Assembly: GCA_032160545.1 (NCBI GenBank) | Contig: JAVHVN010000010.1 | Location: forward strand, 4,016 to 68,015 | Direction: 5' to 3' | Length of the DNA: 64,000 bases | Source of the DNA: Pseudonocardiales bacterium | GTDB lineage: Bacteria > Actinomycetota > Actinomycetes > Mycobacteriales > Jatrophihabitantaceae | Shown: piece by piece, positions 32,701 through 41,306 of the stretch | Layout: every line of letters starts with the position of its first letter | Position numbering within the stretch: position 1 is the first letter of the stretch | Made by a program: the position numbers and the translations under genes | The notes under the pieces: model-generated | What the model saw: only the letters and a program-made list of their open reading frames with translations | The model's database searches: none | What the model was told of the DNA's origin: nothing

Positions 32701-33410
32701 GCCGCGGGCAACGAGCCGCCGGCTGCGAGCACCGTCACGACGAGAGCGTCGGCCTGCGCCAGGGTCTCGAGCAGTTCCGGCGCGGCGGTGCGCAGCGACG
32801 AGCAGAACAACGGCAGCGCGCGCCCGCCCTTCGCCTCGATCGCGTCGGCGAGCGCGTGGACGAACGCGGTGTTCCCCGAGACCTGGTGCGCGCGGTAGTA
32901 GAGGACCGCGACGGTCGGTTCCGGCAGCTCGGGCCGGTCGGTCGCGGTGTCCGGCCGGTCGAGGCGGCCCCAGGTGGGCGTCGCCGCCGGTGGGTCGAAC
33001 CCGAGCCCGGTCAGCAGCACCGCGTCGGACAGGAAGCGGTACAGCTGGGCAAGGTTGCCGGCGCCGCCCTGCGCGAGGTACTCGTGCGCCTCGGCCACCA
33101 CGCCGCCGGGGACGGTCGAGAGCTTCATCAGCTCGGCGTCGGGTGCCGGCTCGCCGCCGAGGACGGCCACCGGCAGGCCGCTTGCGAGCACAGCGTCGAG
33201 CCCGTCCTCCCAGGCCCGCCGGCCACCGAGGATGCGCACGATGACCAGTTCGGCGCCGTCGAGCAGCGCAGGCAGCTCGTCGACCGCCGTGCGGGCGGGG
33301 TTCGCGAGCCGGTAACCGGCGCCGCTGGCGCGGGCGGAGAGCAGGTCGGTGTCGGAGGTCGACAGCAGCAGCACGTGGGGGGGCCAGCCTCTCGCGAGAT
33401 CGGTGCGCAC
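29778..33410 (-). CDS. cobN: cobaltochelatase large subunit
   Basis: N-terminus is VLLLSTSDTDLLSARASG, as in CobN. About 1200 aa of CobN/Mg-chelatase H-family sequence. GTG start at complement 33408-33410 (alternative 33372-33374). The track ORF extension to 34538 is antisense to cobG and is rejected. Confidence 0.9.
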   Translation of the reverse strand: MRTDLARGWPPHVLLLSTSDTDLLSARASGAGYRLANPARTAVDELPALLDGAELVIVRILGGRRAWEDGLDAVLASGLPVAVLGGEPAPDAELMKLSTVPGGVVAEAHEYLAQGGAGNLAQLYRFLSDAVLLTGLGFDPPAATPTWGRLDRPDTATDRPELPEPTVAVLYYRAHQVSGNTAFVHALADAIEAKGGRALPLFCSSLRTAAPELLETLAQADALVVTVLAAGGSLPAAVSAGGADEEWDVGALAALDVPILQGLCLTSSHADWLDSDDGLTPLDAATQVAIPEFDGRLITVPFSFKETDADGLTSYVADPERAARVAGIAVNHARLRHVPPSERRVVVMLSAYPTKHARIGNAVGLDTPASTVRLLQAMRAAGYRVGDLPGLDAQDGDALIHALIAAGGQDENWLTDAQVEGNPVRISAATYRDWFGTLPDDLRAAVEQHWGPPPGELYVDRSRNPDGEIVLAALQADNVVVLVQPPRGFGANPIAIYHDPDLPPSHHYLAAYLWLRAEFGAHAMVHVGKHGNLEWLPGKTAALSASCASDAAIADLPLVYPFLVNDPGEGTQAKRRAHATLVDHLVPPMARAESYGDIARLEQLLDEHAQIAAMDPAKLPAVRAQIWTLLQAAKLDHDLGLSDRPHDAEFDELILHVDGWLCEIKDAQIRDGLHILGEAPTGEARVNLVLAILRARQMWAGEAQALPGLREALGLVEGAGVRGDADAVEAVARRLVEGMEAAGWDAATVPALVRATAAPADTAAVEAVLRFAATEVVPRLAATTDEIAHTLHALDGGYVPAGPSGSPLRGLVNVLPTGRNFYSVDPRAVPSRLAWETGQAMADSLIERYRADTGEFPRSVGLSVWGTSAMRTAGDDIAEVLALLGVRPVWDEASRRVSSVEPVPLDELGRPRIDVTVRISGFFRDAFPHVVTMLDDAVQLVAGLDEPHELNFVRGHAQADLATHGDERRATTRIFGSKPGAYGAGLLPLIDARNWRDDADLAEVYAAWGGFAYGRGLDGRDARTDMETAYRRIAVAAKNTDTLEHDIADSDDYFQYHGGMIATVRALTGSSPRAYVGDSTRPDSVRTRSLSEETARIFRARVVNPRWIEAMKRHGYKGAFELAATVDYLFGYDATAGVVEDWMYEKLTESYVLDPGTRKFLQESNPWALHGIAERLLEAADRRLWAEPDPATLAALRAAYLETEGDLEDR

Positions 33411-33506
33411 GAGGCCCTCGAACGCGCGGGCCAGGCGCCGAGTGCGACGGTCCCAGCGTCGCACACGGGGTTCGGGCGGTCGGGTCCGGCACGTACGCTT
33501 TGATCC

Positions 33507-34628
33507 GTGCTGCCAGCGGGGACGGTCGAGCGTCGGCGCCGCGACCTGTGTCCCGGTGCCCTGACCATGCACCCCGCGGCTGACGGCCGGCTGGCGCGGG
33601 TGCGCACGCCCGGCGGCCTCGTGACGCGGGGGCAGCTGCACGCCCTGGCGGCAGCGGCTCGCGAACTCGGCTCGGGCCGGCTCGAACTCACCTCGCGCGG
33701 GAACGTGCAGCTGCGCGGGCTGCGCGCGGGAGCCGAGGACGAACTCGGCAACCGGCTGGCCGGCGCGGGCCTGCTGCCGTCGGCCACTCACGAGCGGGTG
33801 CGCAACATCGTGGCCTCGCCGCTTGCCGGGCTGGACGCGCCGGTCCCGCTGGCCGCGACCGTCGATGCCCTCGACCGCGAGCTGTGCGCTCGCCTCGCCC
33901 TCGCCGACCTGCCCGGTCGCTTCCTGTTCGCGCTCGACGACGGCCGTGGGGACGTGGCCGCGCTGGGAGCGGACGTCACCGCGATCGTCCGCCCGGGCGG
34001 TGGGGTGGTCGAGGGTTTCGCCGTCGCCGACGTTCCCGCGGCCATGCTCGCCGTCGCCGAGGCGTTCCTCGTCGAGCGGGCGGTGCAGGGCCTGCCGGCG
34101 TGGCGGGTCGACGAGCTGGGCGGCGGTCGCGAGGCGCTCCGCACCCGCGTGCAGGTGGCGCTCGGCGCACGCGCCGCGGCCGTCGAGGTGCCCGCCCCGC
34201 CGCCCGCACCCGCTGGGCCGGTGCGCCAGCTGGACGGCCGCACCGCACTGGTTGTGCTCGCTCCGCTGGGCCGGCTCACGGCCGAGCAGATCGAGCGGAT
34301 CGCCGATGAGGCGTCCACCGCCCGAATCACGCCGTGGCGCAGTGTCGTCATCCCGGACCTCGACGCGCCCGCGGGCGTCGCGGCCCGCTTGGCCGCGGTG
34401 GGGTTGGGCGTCGACGCGGGCTCCCGGTGGCGTGGAGTGAGTGCGTGCACCGGCCGCCCGGGGTGCGCGAAATCGCTCGCCGACGTGCAAGCCGACGCCG
34501 CAGCCGAACTGGGGCGCTGGCCGGGCCGGGTCGTGCACTGGAGCGGCTGCGAACGGCGCTGCGGACGGCCGCGCGACACGTCCGTCGACGTGGTCGCGAC
34601 GAGCGATGGGTACCGGATCGATGAGTGA
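33507..34628 (+). CDS. cobG: precorrin-3B synthase (oxygen-dependent route)
   Basis: N-terminal [25 protein letters not shown] is characteristic of CobG. Sulfite/nitrite-reductase-like repeats are present, and the C-terminus has a Cys cluster [10 protein letters not shown]...SGCERRCG. Confidence 0.85.
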   Translation: MLPAGTVERRRRDLCPGALTMHPAADGRLARVRTPGGLVTRGQLHALAAAARELGSGRLELTSRGNVQLRGLRAGAEDELGNRLAGAGLLPSATHERVRNIVASPLAGLDAPVPLAATVDALDRELCARLALADLPGRFLFALDDGRGDVAALGADVTAIVRPGGGVVEGFAVADVPAAMLAVAEAFLVERAVQGLPAWRVDELGGGREALRTRVQVALGARAAAVEVPAPPPAPAGPVRQLDGRTALVVLAPLGRLTAEQIERIADEASTARITPWRSVVIPDLDAPAGVAARLAAVGLGVDAGSRWRGVSACTGRPGCAKSLADVQADAAAELGRWPGRVVHWSGCERRCGRPRDTSVDVVATSDGYRIDE

Positions 34629-35241
34629 CTACGTCCGCGACGGTGCCGAGATCTATCGGCAGTCGTTCGCGACGATCCGCGCGGAGGCCGACATCGCCCG
34701 GTTTCCCGACGACGTCAGCCGCGTGGTCGTGCGGATGATCCACGCCTGCGGCATGGTCGACCTCGCGGGCGACGTCGGGTACTCGCCCGACGTCATCGCC
34801 AAGGCGCGCGCCGCTCTCGATGCCGGGGCACCGATCCTGTGCGACGCGAACATGGTCGCGAGCGGCATCACCCGCCCGCGCCTGCCGGCCGGCAACGAGA
34901 TCGTGTGCACGCTGTCCGACCCGCGGGTGCCTGACATCGCCGCGCGCATCGGCAACACCCGCTCGGCGGCGGCGATCGACCTCTGGCTCGATCGCCTCGA
35001 CGGCGCCGTGGTCGCCGTCGGCAACGCGCCCACGACGCTGTTCCGCCTGCTGGACCTGATCGCCGAGGGCGCGCCGCGTCCGGCTGCGGTCATCGGGACG
35101 CCGGTGGGTTTCATCGGCGCGGCCGACTCGAAACTCGCACTCGCAACCGCGGACCTCGAACATCTGGTGGTGCACGGGCGCCGTGGCGGCAGCGCGATGG
35201 CTGTGGCCGCGGTGAACGCGATCGCGAGTGAGGCCGAGTGA
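34621..35241 (+). CDS. cobH: precorrin-8X methylmutase
   Basis: ATG 34621 overlaps the cobG end by 8 nt. Contains [23 protein letters not shown] and [14 protein letters not shown], which are CobH/CbiC blocks. Confidence 0.93.
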   Translation: MSDYVRDGAEIYRQSFATIRAEADIARFPDDVSRVVVRMIHACGMVDLAGDVGYSPDVIAKARAALDAGAPILCDANMVASGITRPRLPAGNEIVCTLSDPRVPDIAARIGNTRSAAAIDLWLDRLDGAVVAVGNAPTTLFRLLDLIAEGAPRPAAVIGTPVGFIGAADSKLALATADLEHLVVHGRRGGSAMAVAAVNAIASEAE

Positions 35242-36761
35242 CCGGCGTGGGCGTCCTGTACGGCGTCGGTCTCGGCCCCGGCGATCCCGAGCTGGTGACG
35301 GTCAAGGCCGCGCGGCTGATCTCCGCCGCCGAGGTGATCGCCTACCACTGCGCCCGGCACGGCCGCTCGATCGCGCGCTCGATCGCCGAGCCCTACCTGC
35401 GCGCGGGACAGATCGAGGAGCAGCTGGTCTATCCGGTCACGACCGAGACCACCGACCATCCCGGCGGCTATGCGGGCGCCATCGCGCAGTTCTACGAGGC
35501 CGCTGCGGCCCGGCTCGCGGTGCACCTCGACGCGGGGCGAGACGTCGTGCTGCTCGCCGAGGGTGACCCGCTCTTCTTCAGCTCGTACATGCACATGCAC
35601 AAGCGTCTCGCCGACCGGTTCGAGACCCGCATCGTCCCGGGAATCACGTCGGTGAGTGCGGCCTCGGCGGCCGTGGGCACTCCGCTCGTCGAGGGCGACG
35701 AGGTTCTCACCGTCCTGCCCGGCACGCTGCCGCCGGACGTGCTGGCCGAACGCCTCCGGCTCACCGACGCCGCTGCGATCATGAAGGTGAGCCGGCACTT
35801 CGCCGGTATCCAGGACGCGCTCAAGCAGGCCGGCCGGCTCGACGACGCGCACTACGTCGAGCGGGCGTCCACGCCCGAGCAGCGGACCGCGCCGGCCGCC
35901 GAGGTCGACGCGCAGGACGTGCCGTACATGGCGCTCGTCCTCGTGCCGGGGGTCCAGGCAGCCGGAGCGCTCGAGCCGCGGCATGCCACGGGCGGGCGCG
36001 ATGCGCACACCGGCCGGGTCGACGTCGTCGGGCTCGGGCCGGCAGGTCGCGACTGGTTGACGCCGCAGGCCGCGGCCGTGCTCTCGGCCGCCGACCACGT
36101 CGTGGGATACACGCCGTACGTCGACCGCGTGCCGCCGAACCCGCGCCAGCAGCGGCACGGCAGTGACAACAAGGTCGAGTCCGAGCGGGCCGAGTTCGCT
36201 CTCGACCTGGCGCTGCGCGGGGCGCGGGTCGCAGTGGTGTCGTCCGGCGACCCGGGTGTGTTCGCGATGGCGAGCGCGGTGCTCGAGGTGGCGGCCGAGC
36301 CGCGCTACGCGGGGGTCGAGGTCGCGATCGTCCCCGGACTCACGGCGGCGCAGGCAGTCGCCGCGCAGGCCGGCGCCCCGCTGGGTCACGACTTCGCGAC
36401 GATCTCGCTGTCCGACCGGCTCAAGCCGTGGCCGGTCGTCGCGCGGCGGCTCGACGCCGCGGCAGCGGCCGACCTGGCGATCGCGATCTACAACCCGGCA
36501 TCGACGTCGCGGCGGCAGCAGCTCGCCGACGCGCGCGAGGTCCTGCTGCGCCATCGCTCGCCCGACACGCCTGTTGTGGTGGGCCGGGCCGTCGGTTCGG
36601 ACGAACAGTCGGTGCAGGTCACCACGCTCGGGGCACTCGACCTCGACAGCATCGACATGCGCTGCCTGTTGATCGTCGGCTCGTCGCAGACCCGGGCCGT
36701 CCCGGGCCCACACGGGAGCACCCGGGTCTTCACCCCGCGACGCTATCCAGCCACGCCGTAG
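35238..36761 (+). CDS. cobIJ: bifunctional precorrin-2 C20-methyltransferase / precorrin-3B C17-methyltransferase
   Basis: GTGA overlap with cobH. There are two tetrapyrrole-methylase domains ([15 protein letters not shown] and [16 protein letters not shown]). The 3' end overlaps the convergent cobK by 32 nt. Confidence 0.9.
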   Translation: MTGVGVLYGVGLGPGDPELVTVKAARLISAAEVIAYHCARHGRSIARSIAEPYLRAGQIEEQLVYPVTTETTDHPGGYAGAIAQFYEAAAARLAVHLDAGRDVVLLAEGDPLFFSSYMHMHKRLADRFETRIVPGITSVSAASAAVGTPLVEGDEVLTVLPGTLPPDVLAERLRLTDAAAIMKVSRHFAGIQDALKQAGRLDDAHYVERASTPEQRTAPAAEVDAQDVPYMALVLVPGVQAAGALEPRHATGGRDAHTGRVDVVGLGPAGRDWLTPQAAAVLSAADHVVGYTPYVDRVPPNPRQQRHGSDNKVESERAEFALDLALRGARVAVVSSGDPGVFAMASAVLEVAAEPRYAGVEVAIVPGLTAAQAVAAQAGAPLGHDFATISLSDRLKPWPVVARRLDAAAAADLAIAIYNPASTSRRQQLADAREVLLRHRSPDTPVVVGRAVGSDEQSVQVTTLGALDLDSIDMRCLLIVGSSQTRAVPGPHGSTRVFTPRRYPATP

Positions 36762-37473
36762 CGGCCTCGACGGTCGCTACCACCGGCACTCCGGGCGGCA
36801 GCGGGGGCCGGTCGACCACGACGACCGGGATGCGCCGCTCGCGCGCGGCGACGGTCTTGGCGCGCGTCATCGGGCCGCCGCTGTCCTTCGTCACGAGCAG
36901 CACGACACCGTGCTCGTCCATCAGCGCGCCCTCGCCCTCGACGGTGTACGGACCCCGGTCGAGCACCAGGGACATGCGCCGGGGCAGCGGCGCAGCGGGT
37001 GGGTCGACGGTGCGGACGAGATGCCGGTGCGATCCGTCGGCGGCGAAGGCGGCGAGGTCGCGCCGCCCGGTCGTCACGAACACGCAGCCCGGTGGAGCCG
37101 CCGCGGCGGCGGCGGCCGCGCTTGCGATGTCCGGTACGCGGTGCCAGTCGTCGCCGGGCTCCTCGGTCCAGCCCGGACGCCGCAGCACGAGCAGCGGCAC
37201 GCCGCTGCGGCCCGCGGCCTGCGCCGCGTGCGCCGACATCGTCGCGGCGAACGGGTGCGTGGCGTCGACGACCGCGGCGATCTGCTGATCGCGCAGGTAT
37301 GTCACGAGGCCGTCCACCCCGCCGAAGCCGCCGATGCGGACGTCCCCGACCGGCAGCGCAGGATCGCGCACCCGGCCCGCCAGCGACGAGGTGATCGCGA
37401 ACCCCGGCCGGTCGATCAACCCAGCGGCGAGCGAGCGGGCCTCGCCCGTCCCGCCGAGGATCAGTACCCGCAC
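36730..37473 (-). CDS. cobK: precorrin-6A reductase
   Basis: Starts (GTG) RVLILGGTGEARSLA, with VDATHPFA and LLVTKDSGG blocks typical of CobK/CbiJ. Confidence 0.9.
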   Translation of the reverse strand: MRVLILGGTGEARSLAAGLIDRPGFAITSSLAGRVRDPALPVGDVRIGGFGGVDGLVTYLRDQQIAAVVDATHPFAATMSAHAAQAAGRSGVPLLVLRRPGWTEEPGDDWHRVPDIASAAAAAAAAPPGCVFVTTGRRDLAAFAADGSHRHLVRTVDPPAAPLPRRMSLVLDRGPYTVEGEGALMDEHGVVLLVTKDSGGPMTRAKTVAARERRIPVVVVDRPPLPPGVPVVATVEAATAWLDSVAG

Positions 37474-37513
37474 CCGGCGACCCTACTGACCCGGGTGCGC
37501 CAGACTGACAACT

Positions 37514-38614
37514 GTGTCGACGGAGGCGGGCGGACCGGGTGGACGTGGCGCCCTGCGCTACGGCTGGACGACTGGTGCCTGCGCGACGGCGGCGACGAAG
37601 GCGGCCTACACCGCGCTGCTGACCGGCGAGTTCCCGGACCCCGTGGCGATCACGCTGCCGCGCGGGCAGACGCCGTCGTTCGCGCTCACCCGGCAGCGGG
37701 TCGTCGTCGACGAGGCCGCCGCGTCGATAACCAAGGACGCCGGCGACGACCCGGACGTCACCCACGCAGCGGTGATCACCGCGACGATCCGCCCCGGTGC
37801 GCCGGGCTCGGGGGTGGTCTTCGTCGCGGGCGACGGCGTCGGGACCGTCACCAAGCCCGGCCTGCCGCTCGACGTCGGCGAGCCCGCGATCAACCCGGTG
37901 CCGCGGCGGATGATGCGCGAGGTGGTCGCGTCGGTCGCGGCGGAGCACGGCGGAACCGGCGACGTGGTTGTCGAGATCTCGGTCGACGGTGGCGGCGAGC
38001 TCGCGAAGCGCACCTGGAACCCGCGCCTCGGCATCCTCGGCGGCATCTCCATCCTGGGCACGACCGGCGTCGTGGTGCCCTATTCGTGCTCAGCCTGGAT
38101 CGACAGCATCCGGCGCGGGATCGACGTGGCGCGCGCCGTCGGCGTCCAGCACGTGGCGGGGTGTACCGGCAGCACGTCCGAGGACACGGTGCGCCGGCTC
38201 TACGGCCTGCCCGACGAGGCATTGCTCGACATGGGCGATTTCGCCGGCGCCGTCCTGAAGTACCTGCGGCGCCATCCCGTTGCGCGCCTCACCATCGCCG
38301 GTGGCATCGGCAAGCTCTCGAAGCTGGCCGCCGGCCATCTCGACCTGCATTCGGGACGGTCGCAGGTCGACCTGCCGGGCCTTGCCGCGCTCGCCGCGGA
38401 TCTCGGCGCCGACGCCGGCCTCGTCGAGCGGATCGGTGCGGCGAACACCGCTCTCGACGCGCTGCAGCTCAGCCAGGCAGCGGGGGTCCCCCTTGGCGAC
38501 GCGGTCGCCGAAGCCGCGCGCGCCGAGGCGCAGGCGGTGCTGCGCGAGGCGCCGGTCGCCGTGGACGTCGTCGTGATCGACCGGGCAGGTGCCGTGGTCG
38601 GCCGGGCCGGCTGA
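37514..38614 (+). CDS. cbiD: cobalt-precorrin-5B (C1)-methyltransferase family protein
   Basis: LRYGWTTGACATAATKAAYTALL is the canonical CbiD N-terminus. Also has GILGGISILGTTGVVVPYSCSAW. Confidence 0.9.
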   Translation: MSTEAGGPGGRGALRYGWTTGACATAATKAAYTALLTGEFPDPVAITLPRGQTPSFALTRQRVVVDEAAASITKDAGDDPDVTHAAVITATIRPGAPGSGVVFVAGDGVGTVTKPGLPLDVGEPAINPVPRRMMREVVASVAAEHGGTGDVVVEISVDGGGELAKRTWNPRLGILGGISILGTTGVVVPYSCSAWIDSIRRGIDVARAVGVQHVAGCTGSTSEDTVRRLYGLPDEALLDMGDFAGAVLKYLRRHPVARLTIAGGIGKLSKLAAGHLDLHSGRSQVDLPGLAALAADLGADAGLVERIGAANTALDALQLSQAAGVPLGDAVAEAARAEAQAVLREAPVAVDVVVIDRAGAVVGRAG

Positions 38615-38683
38615 GCCCGGCTGGCCCCCCGAGCCCGAGATACGCGCTGGCGCGCCGCGGCGCGTGCCCATCATGCTCGCGGC

Positions 38684-39070
38684 ATGACCCAACCGATCGA
38701 TCTACCCGCCGCGCTCGGCACCTTCGACGAGCTGTGGAGCCCGCGCATCGTCACCGCGGTGAACGACTACGACGTCCGTATCGCCAAGGTCGAGGGCGAG
38801 CACGTGTGGCACGTCCACGAGGGCACCGACGAGTTCTTCCTCGTCCTTGACGGCGAGCTGCACATCGCGCTGCGCGAGGCGGGCACCGAGCGATCGGTGA
38901 CCCTCGCGCGGGGTGCGGTGTACGTCGTCGCCAAGGGCATCGAGCACAAGCCGTCTGCTCCGGGCGGCGCCGCGATCCTGATGTTCGAGCCGACGGGAAC
39001 CCTGTCCGTCGGCGACCGGCACGACGACGTGCCCGGGCACGTCGACGCGACGACCGGGCACGCCCTCTAG
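38684..39070 (+). CDS. small cupin-domain protein
   Basis: Has the two-motif cupin signature GEHVWHVHEGTDEFFLVLDG and GAVYVVAKGIEHKP. 128 aa, embedded in the cob cluster. Confidence 0.75.
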   Translation: MTQPIDLPAALGTFDELWSPRIVTAVNDYDVRIAKVEGEHVWHVHEGTDEFFLVLDGELHIALREAGTERSVTLARGAVYVVAKGIEHKPSAPGGAAILMFEPTGTLSVGDRHDDVPGHVDATTGHAL

Positions 39071-39076
39071 GGGCTG

Positions 39077-39829
39077 TCAGCCACTCTCAGTCCGGTCGCG
39101 AGCCGGCGAGTAGAGATGGCTGTCGCGGAACCCCTCGGCCGCGAGCACCGGGCCGACGATGATCACCGCGGTGCGACGGATGCCGGCCGCGCCCACTGCG
39201 GCGGCGATGTCGGCGAGCGTGCCGCGCAGCACCGTCTCGTTCCGGCGGCTGGCGTGCGCGACCACGGCCGCGGGGCAGCCGGCCCCGTAGTGGGGGACGA
39301 GCTCGGCCACGACGTCCGCCATCCGCTGCACCGCGAGGTGCAGGACCAGGGTCGCGCCCGTGGCAGCGAGCGAGCCGAGTTCCTCGCCGGGCGGCATCGG
39401 GGTGGCCTGTGCGGCGATCCGCGTCAGGATCACGCTCTGCCCGACGCCGGGAACGGTGAGCTCGTGCCCGAGCGCCGCCGCCGCGGCGGCGAAGGCCGGC
39501 ACACCCGGCGTGATGTCCCACGGGACGCCCACCGCGTCCAGGCGGCGGGTCTGCTCGGCCACCGCGCTGAAGATTGACGGGTCGCCCGAGCAGAGCCGGG
39601 CCACGTCCGCGCCCCGCGCCTGCGCCTGCGTCAGCTCGGCGACGATCTCGTCGAGGGTCAGGTCAGCCGTGTCGACGATCCGGGCACCCGCTGGGCAGTG
39701 CGCCAGCACCTCCGGCGGTACCAGGCTGCCGGCATGCAGGCAGACCGGCGACGACGAGATCAGCTGCACCGCGCGCAGCGTGAGCAGGTCGGGAGCGCCG
39801 GGCCCGGCACCGATGAAGTGCACGGTCAT
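39077..39829 (-). CDS. cobM: precorrin-4 C11-methyltransferase
   Basis: ATG at complement 39827-39829. Contains MTVHFIGAGPGAPDLLTLRA and CSGDPSIFSAV tetrapyrrole-methylase blocks. Confidence 0.93.
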   Translation of the reverse strand: MTVHFIGAGPGAPDLLTLRAVQLISSSPVCLHAGSLVPPEVLAHCPAGARIVDTADLTLDEIVAELTQAQARGADVARLCSGDPSIFSAVAEQTRRLDAVGVPWDITPGVPAFAAAAAALGHELTVPGVGQSVILTRIAAQATPMPPGEELGSLAATGATLVLHLAVQRMADVVAELVPHYGAGCPAAVVAHASRRNETVLRGTLADIAAAVGAAGIRRTAVIIVGPVLAAEGFRDSHLYSPARDRTESG

Positions 39830-41025
39830 CGCCGGTAGCTCCACTGCGTGACGGGCATCGCCGGGCGCCAGCCCGAGAACCGCCCGACCGGTTCGGCGCG
39901 CTGCACGGCAAGCCGCGTGAGCGAGCCTCCGAGCCGTGCGTGCCAGCCCGCGAGCGCCGACTCGCTCTCGACCGTGACGGCATCGGCGACCAGCCGCGCG
40001 CCCGGCCGAAGCGCTTCGACACACGCCTCGAGCACGCCGGGGACGCTCACCGCCCCGCCGAGGAAGATCGCGTCAGGTGCCGGCAGGCCGGCGAGCGCCT
40101 CGGGCGCCGGACCCGGCACGACCTGCAGGCCGGGCACACCCAGTGCAGCCGCGTTGCGCAGGATCCGCTGGCACCGATCGGCGCGCGGCTCGATCGCGAT
40201 CGCGCGGCTGGCGGGATGCACTCGCATCCACTCGATGCCGACGCTGCCCGAACCGGCGCCGACGTCCCACAGCAGCTGCCCGGGCACCGGGACGAGGGCC
40301 GCCAGCGCGAGCGCCCGCACCTCGCGCTTGGTCAGCTGTCCATCGGTCTCGAACGCGTCGTCGGGCAGCCCGGGGGTGCGGGGGAGCACGACCGTGCCCG
40401 GCTCGGCGACGCACTCGACCGCGAGGATCGTGAGGTAGTCCTGCCCGCTGAGGTCGTACGCCCGGGCGGTCGTGCGCCGGATCTGCTCGCCGTCGCCGCC
40501 GAGTCGCTCCAGCAGGGCCACCGGGCTGTCGCCGTACCCGGCGTCGGTGAGCATCCTGCTGACCTCCGCCGCGGCGCCGTCCGCACTGAGCAGGACGAGC
40601 AGCCGCCGCCCCGGCGCCAGCGCCGCGAGCACGGTCTCGTGCGCCCGGCCCACCAGGCTCACCACGTCGACGTGCTGCAACGGCCAGCCGAGACGGGCAC
40701 AGGCGAGCGACATGGACGACAGTGCCGGCAGGATCCGTACCCGCTCTGCGCCGGCAAGTTCCATGACGCGGGAGCCGACGCCGTAGAACGTCGGATCACC
40801 GCTCGCGAGGATCGCGATCCGCCGGCCGGAGTGCGCGGCCAGCAGCTCCTCGACCGCGGGCAGCATCGGGGTCGTCCACGCCACCCGCTCGGCGGTGAAG
40901 GACTCGTCGAGCAGCCGGAGCTGGCGGTTGCTGCCGGCGAGCACCTCGGCCTTCCGCAGCGCCTCGAGCGCCGTCGCCGACAGCCCGGGCAGCCCGTCGG
41001 CGCCGATGCCGACGACGGTGACCAT
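39826..41025 (-). CDS. cobL: precorrin-6Y C5,15-methyltransferase (decarboxylating)
   Basis: Starts MVTVVGIGADGLPGLS (ATG at complement 41023-41025). The second half is SAM-methyltransferase-like (WDVGAGSGSVGIEW). ATGA overlap with cobM. The upstream ATG at 41076 would run into the riboswitch region. Confidence 0.88.
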   Translation of the reverse strand: MVTVVGIGADGLPGLSATALEALRKAEVLAGSNRQLRLLDESFTAERVAWTTPMLPAVEELLAAHSGRRIAILASGDPTFYGVGSRVMELAGAERVRILPALSSMSLACARLGWPLQHVDVVSLVGRAHETVLAALAPGRRLLVLLSADGAAAEVSRMLTDAGYGDSPVALLERLGGDGEQIRRTTARAYDLSGQDYLTILAVECVAEPGTVVLPRTPGLPDDAFETDGQLTKREVRALALAALVPVPGQLLWDVGAGSGSVGIEWMRVHPASRAIAIEPRADRCQRILRNAAALGVPGLQVVPGPAPEALAGLPAPDAIFLGGAVSVPGVLEACVEALRPGARLVADAVTVESESALAGWHARLGGSLTRLAVQRAEPVGRFSGWRPAMPVTQWSYRR

Positions 41026-41099
41026 GCTGTGACCCACGCGGTGCAGTCTGCCGTGAGCTGCGGCCCGGCGGCCCATCGCCCGGCGTGTGAGAGCATCTG

Positions 41100-41290
41100 G
41101 CAGTCGGATGCAGAGGAACACCGGTGCAGGGCGGCTCGCACGAAGCGGCCCGAGTCCGGGGCGGTCGCGCCACTGTGACCGGCGGACGGCTCGTTCGAGC
41201 CGCCGGCCGGGAGCCAGGACATCGGCATCCGTGCCACCGGTCGCACGGCCGGTGGTCGTCGCCGTCAGCGGGCGCGCACACCCGCTGGGT
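41100..41290 (+). promoter_or_regulatory. cobalamin (B12) riboswitch with expression platform, upstream of chlID
   Basis: AGAGGAACACCGGTG, GAGTCCGGGGCGGTCGCGCCACTGTGACC and the B12-box-like GGGAGCCAGGACATCGGC occur in the canonical order. Two hairpins follow: CCACCGG/CCGGTGG at 41234-41255 and CAGCGGG/CCCGCTG at 41266-41287. Then come the SD GGAGGG (41293-41298) and GTG 41307. Confidence 0.75.
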
Positions 41291-41306
41291 TCGGAGGGTC
41301 CGGCGC

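Noticed and set aside
33411-33506. Possible cobalamin riboswitch in the divergent cobN/cobG spacer. A GATCCGTGCTGCCAGCGGGGACGGT stretch looked vaguely like the GGTG...CCCGC core.
   Set aside because: The spacer is only about 96 nt. There is no GCCACTG or B12-box block on either strand, and the similar-looking stretch is the beginning of the cobG coding sequence. The same negative result holds for 26641-26703 and 37474-37513.
33411-34538. N-terminal 376-codon extension of the cobN ORF (track ORF 29778..34538).
   Set aside because: The extension is antisense to cobG, which has clear CobG motifs. CobN homologues begin a few residues before VLLLSTSDTDL, so the start was placed at GTG 33410 (or 33374).
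41026-41076. Alternative upstream ATG (complement 41074-41076) for cobL, adding MGRRAAAHGRLHRVGHS.
   Set aside because: The added residues are low-complexity. CobL homologues start close to MVTVVGIG, and the extension would push coding sequence toward the riboswitch region on the other strand.
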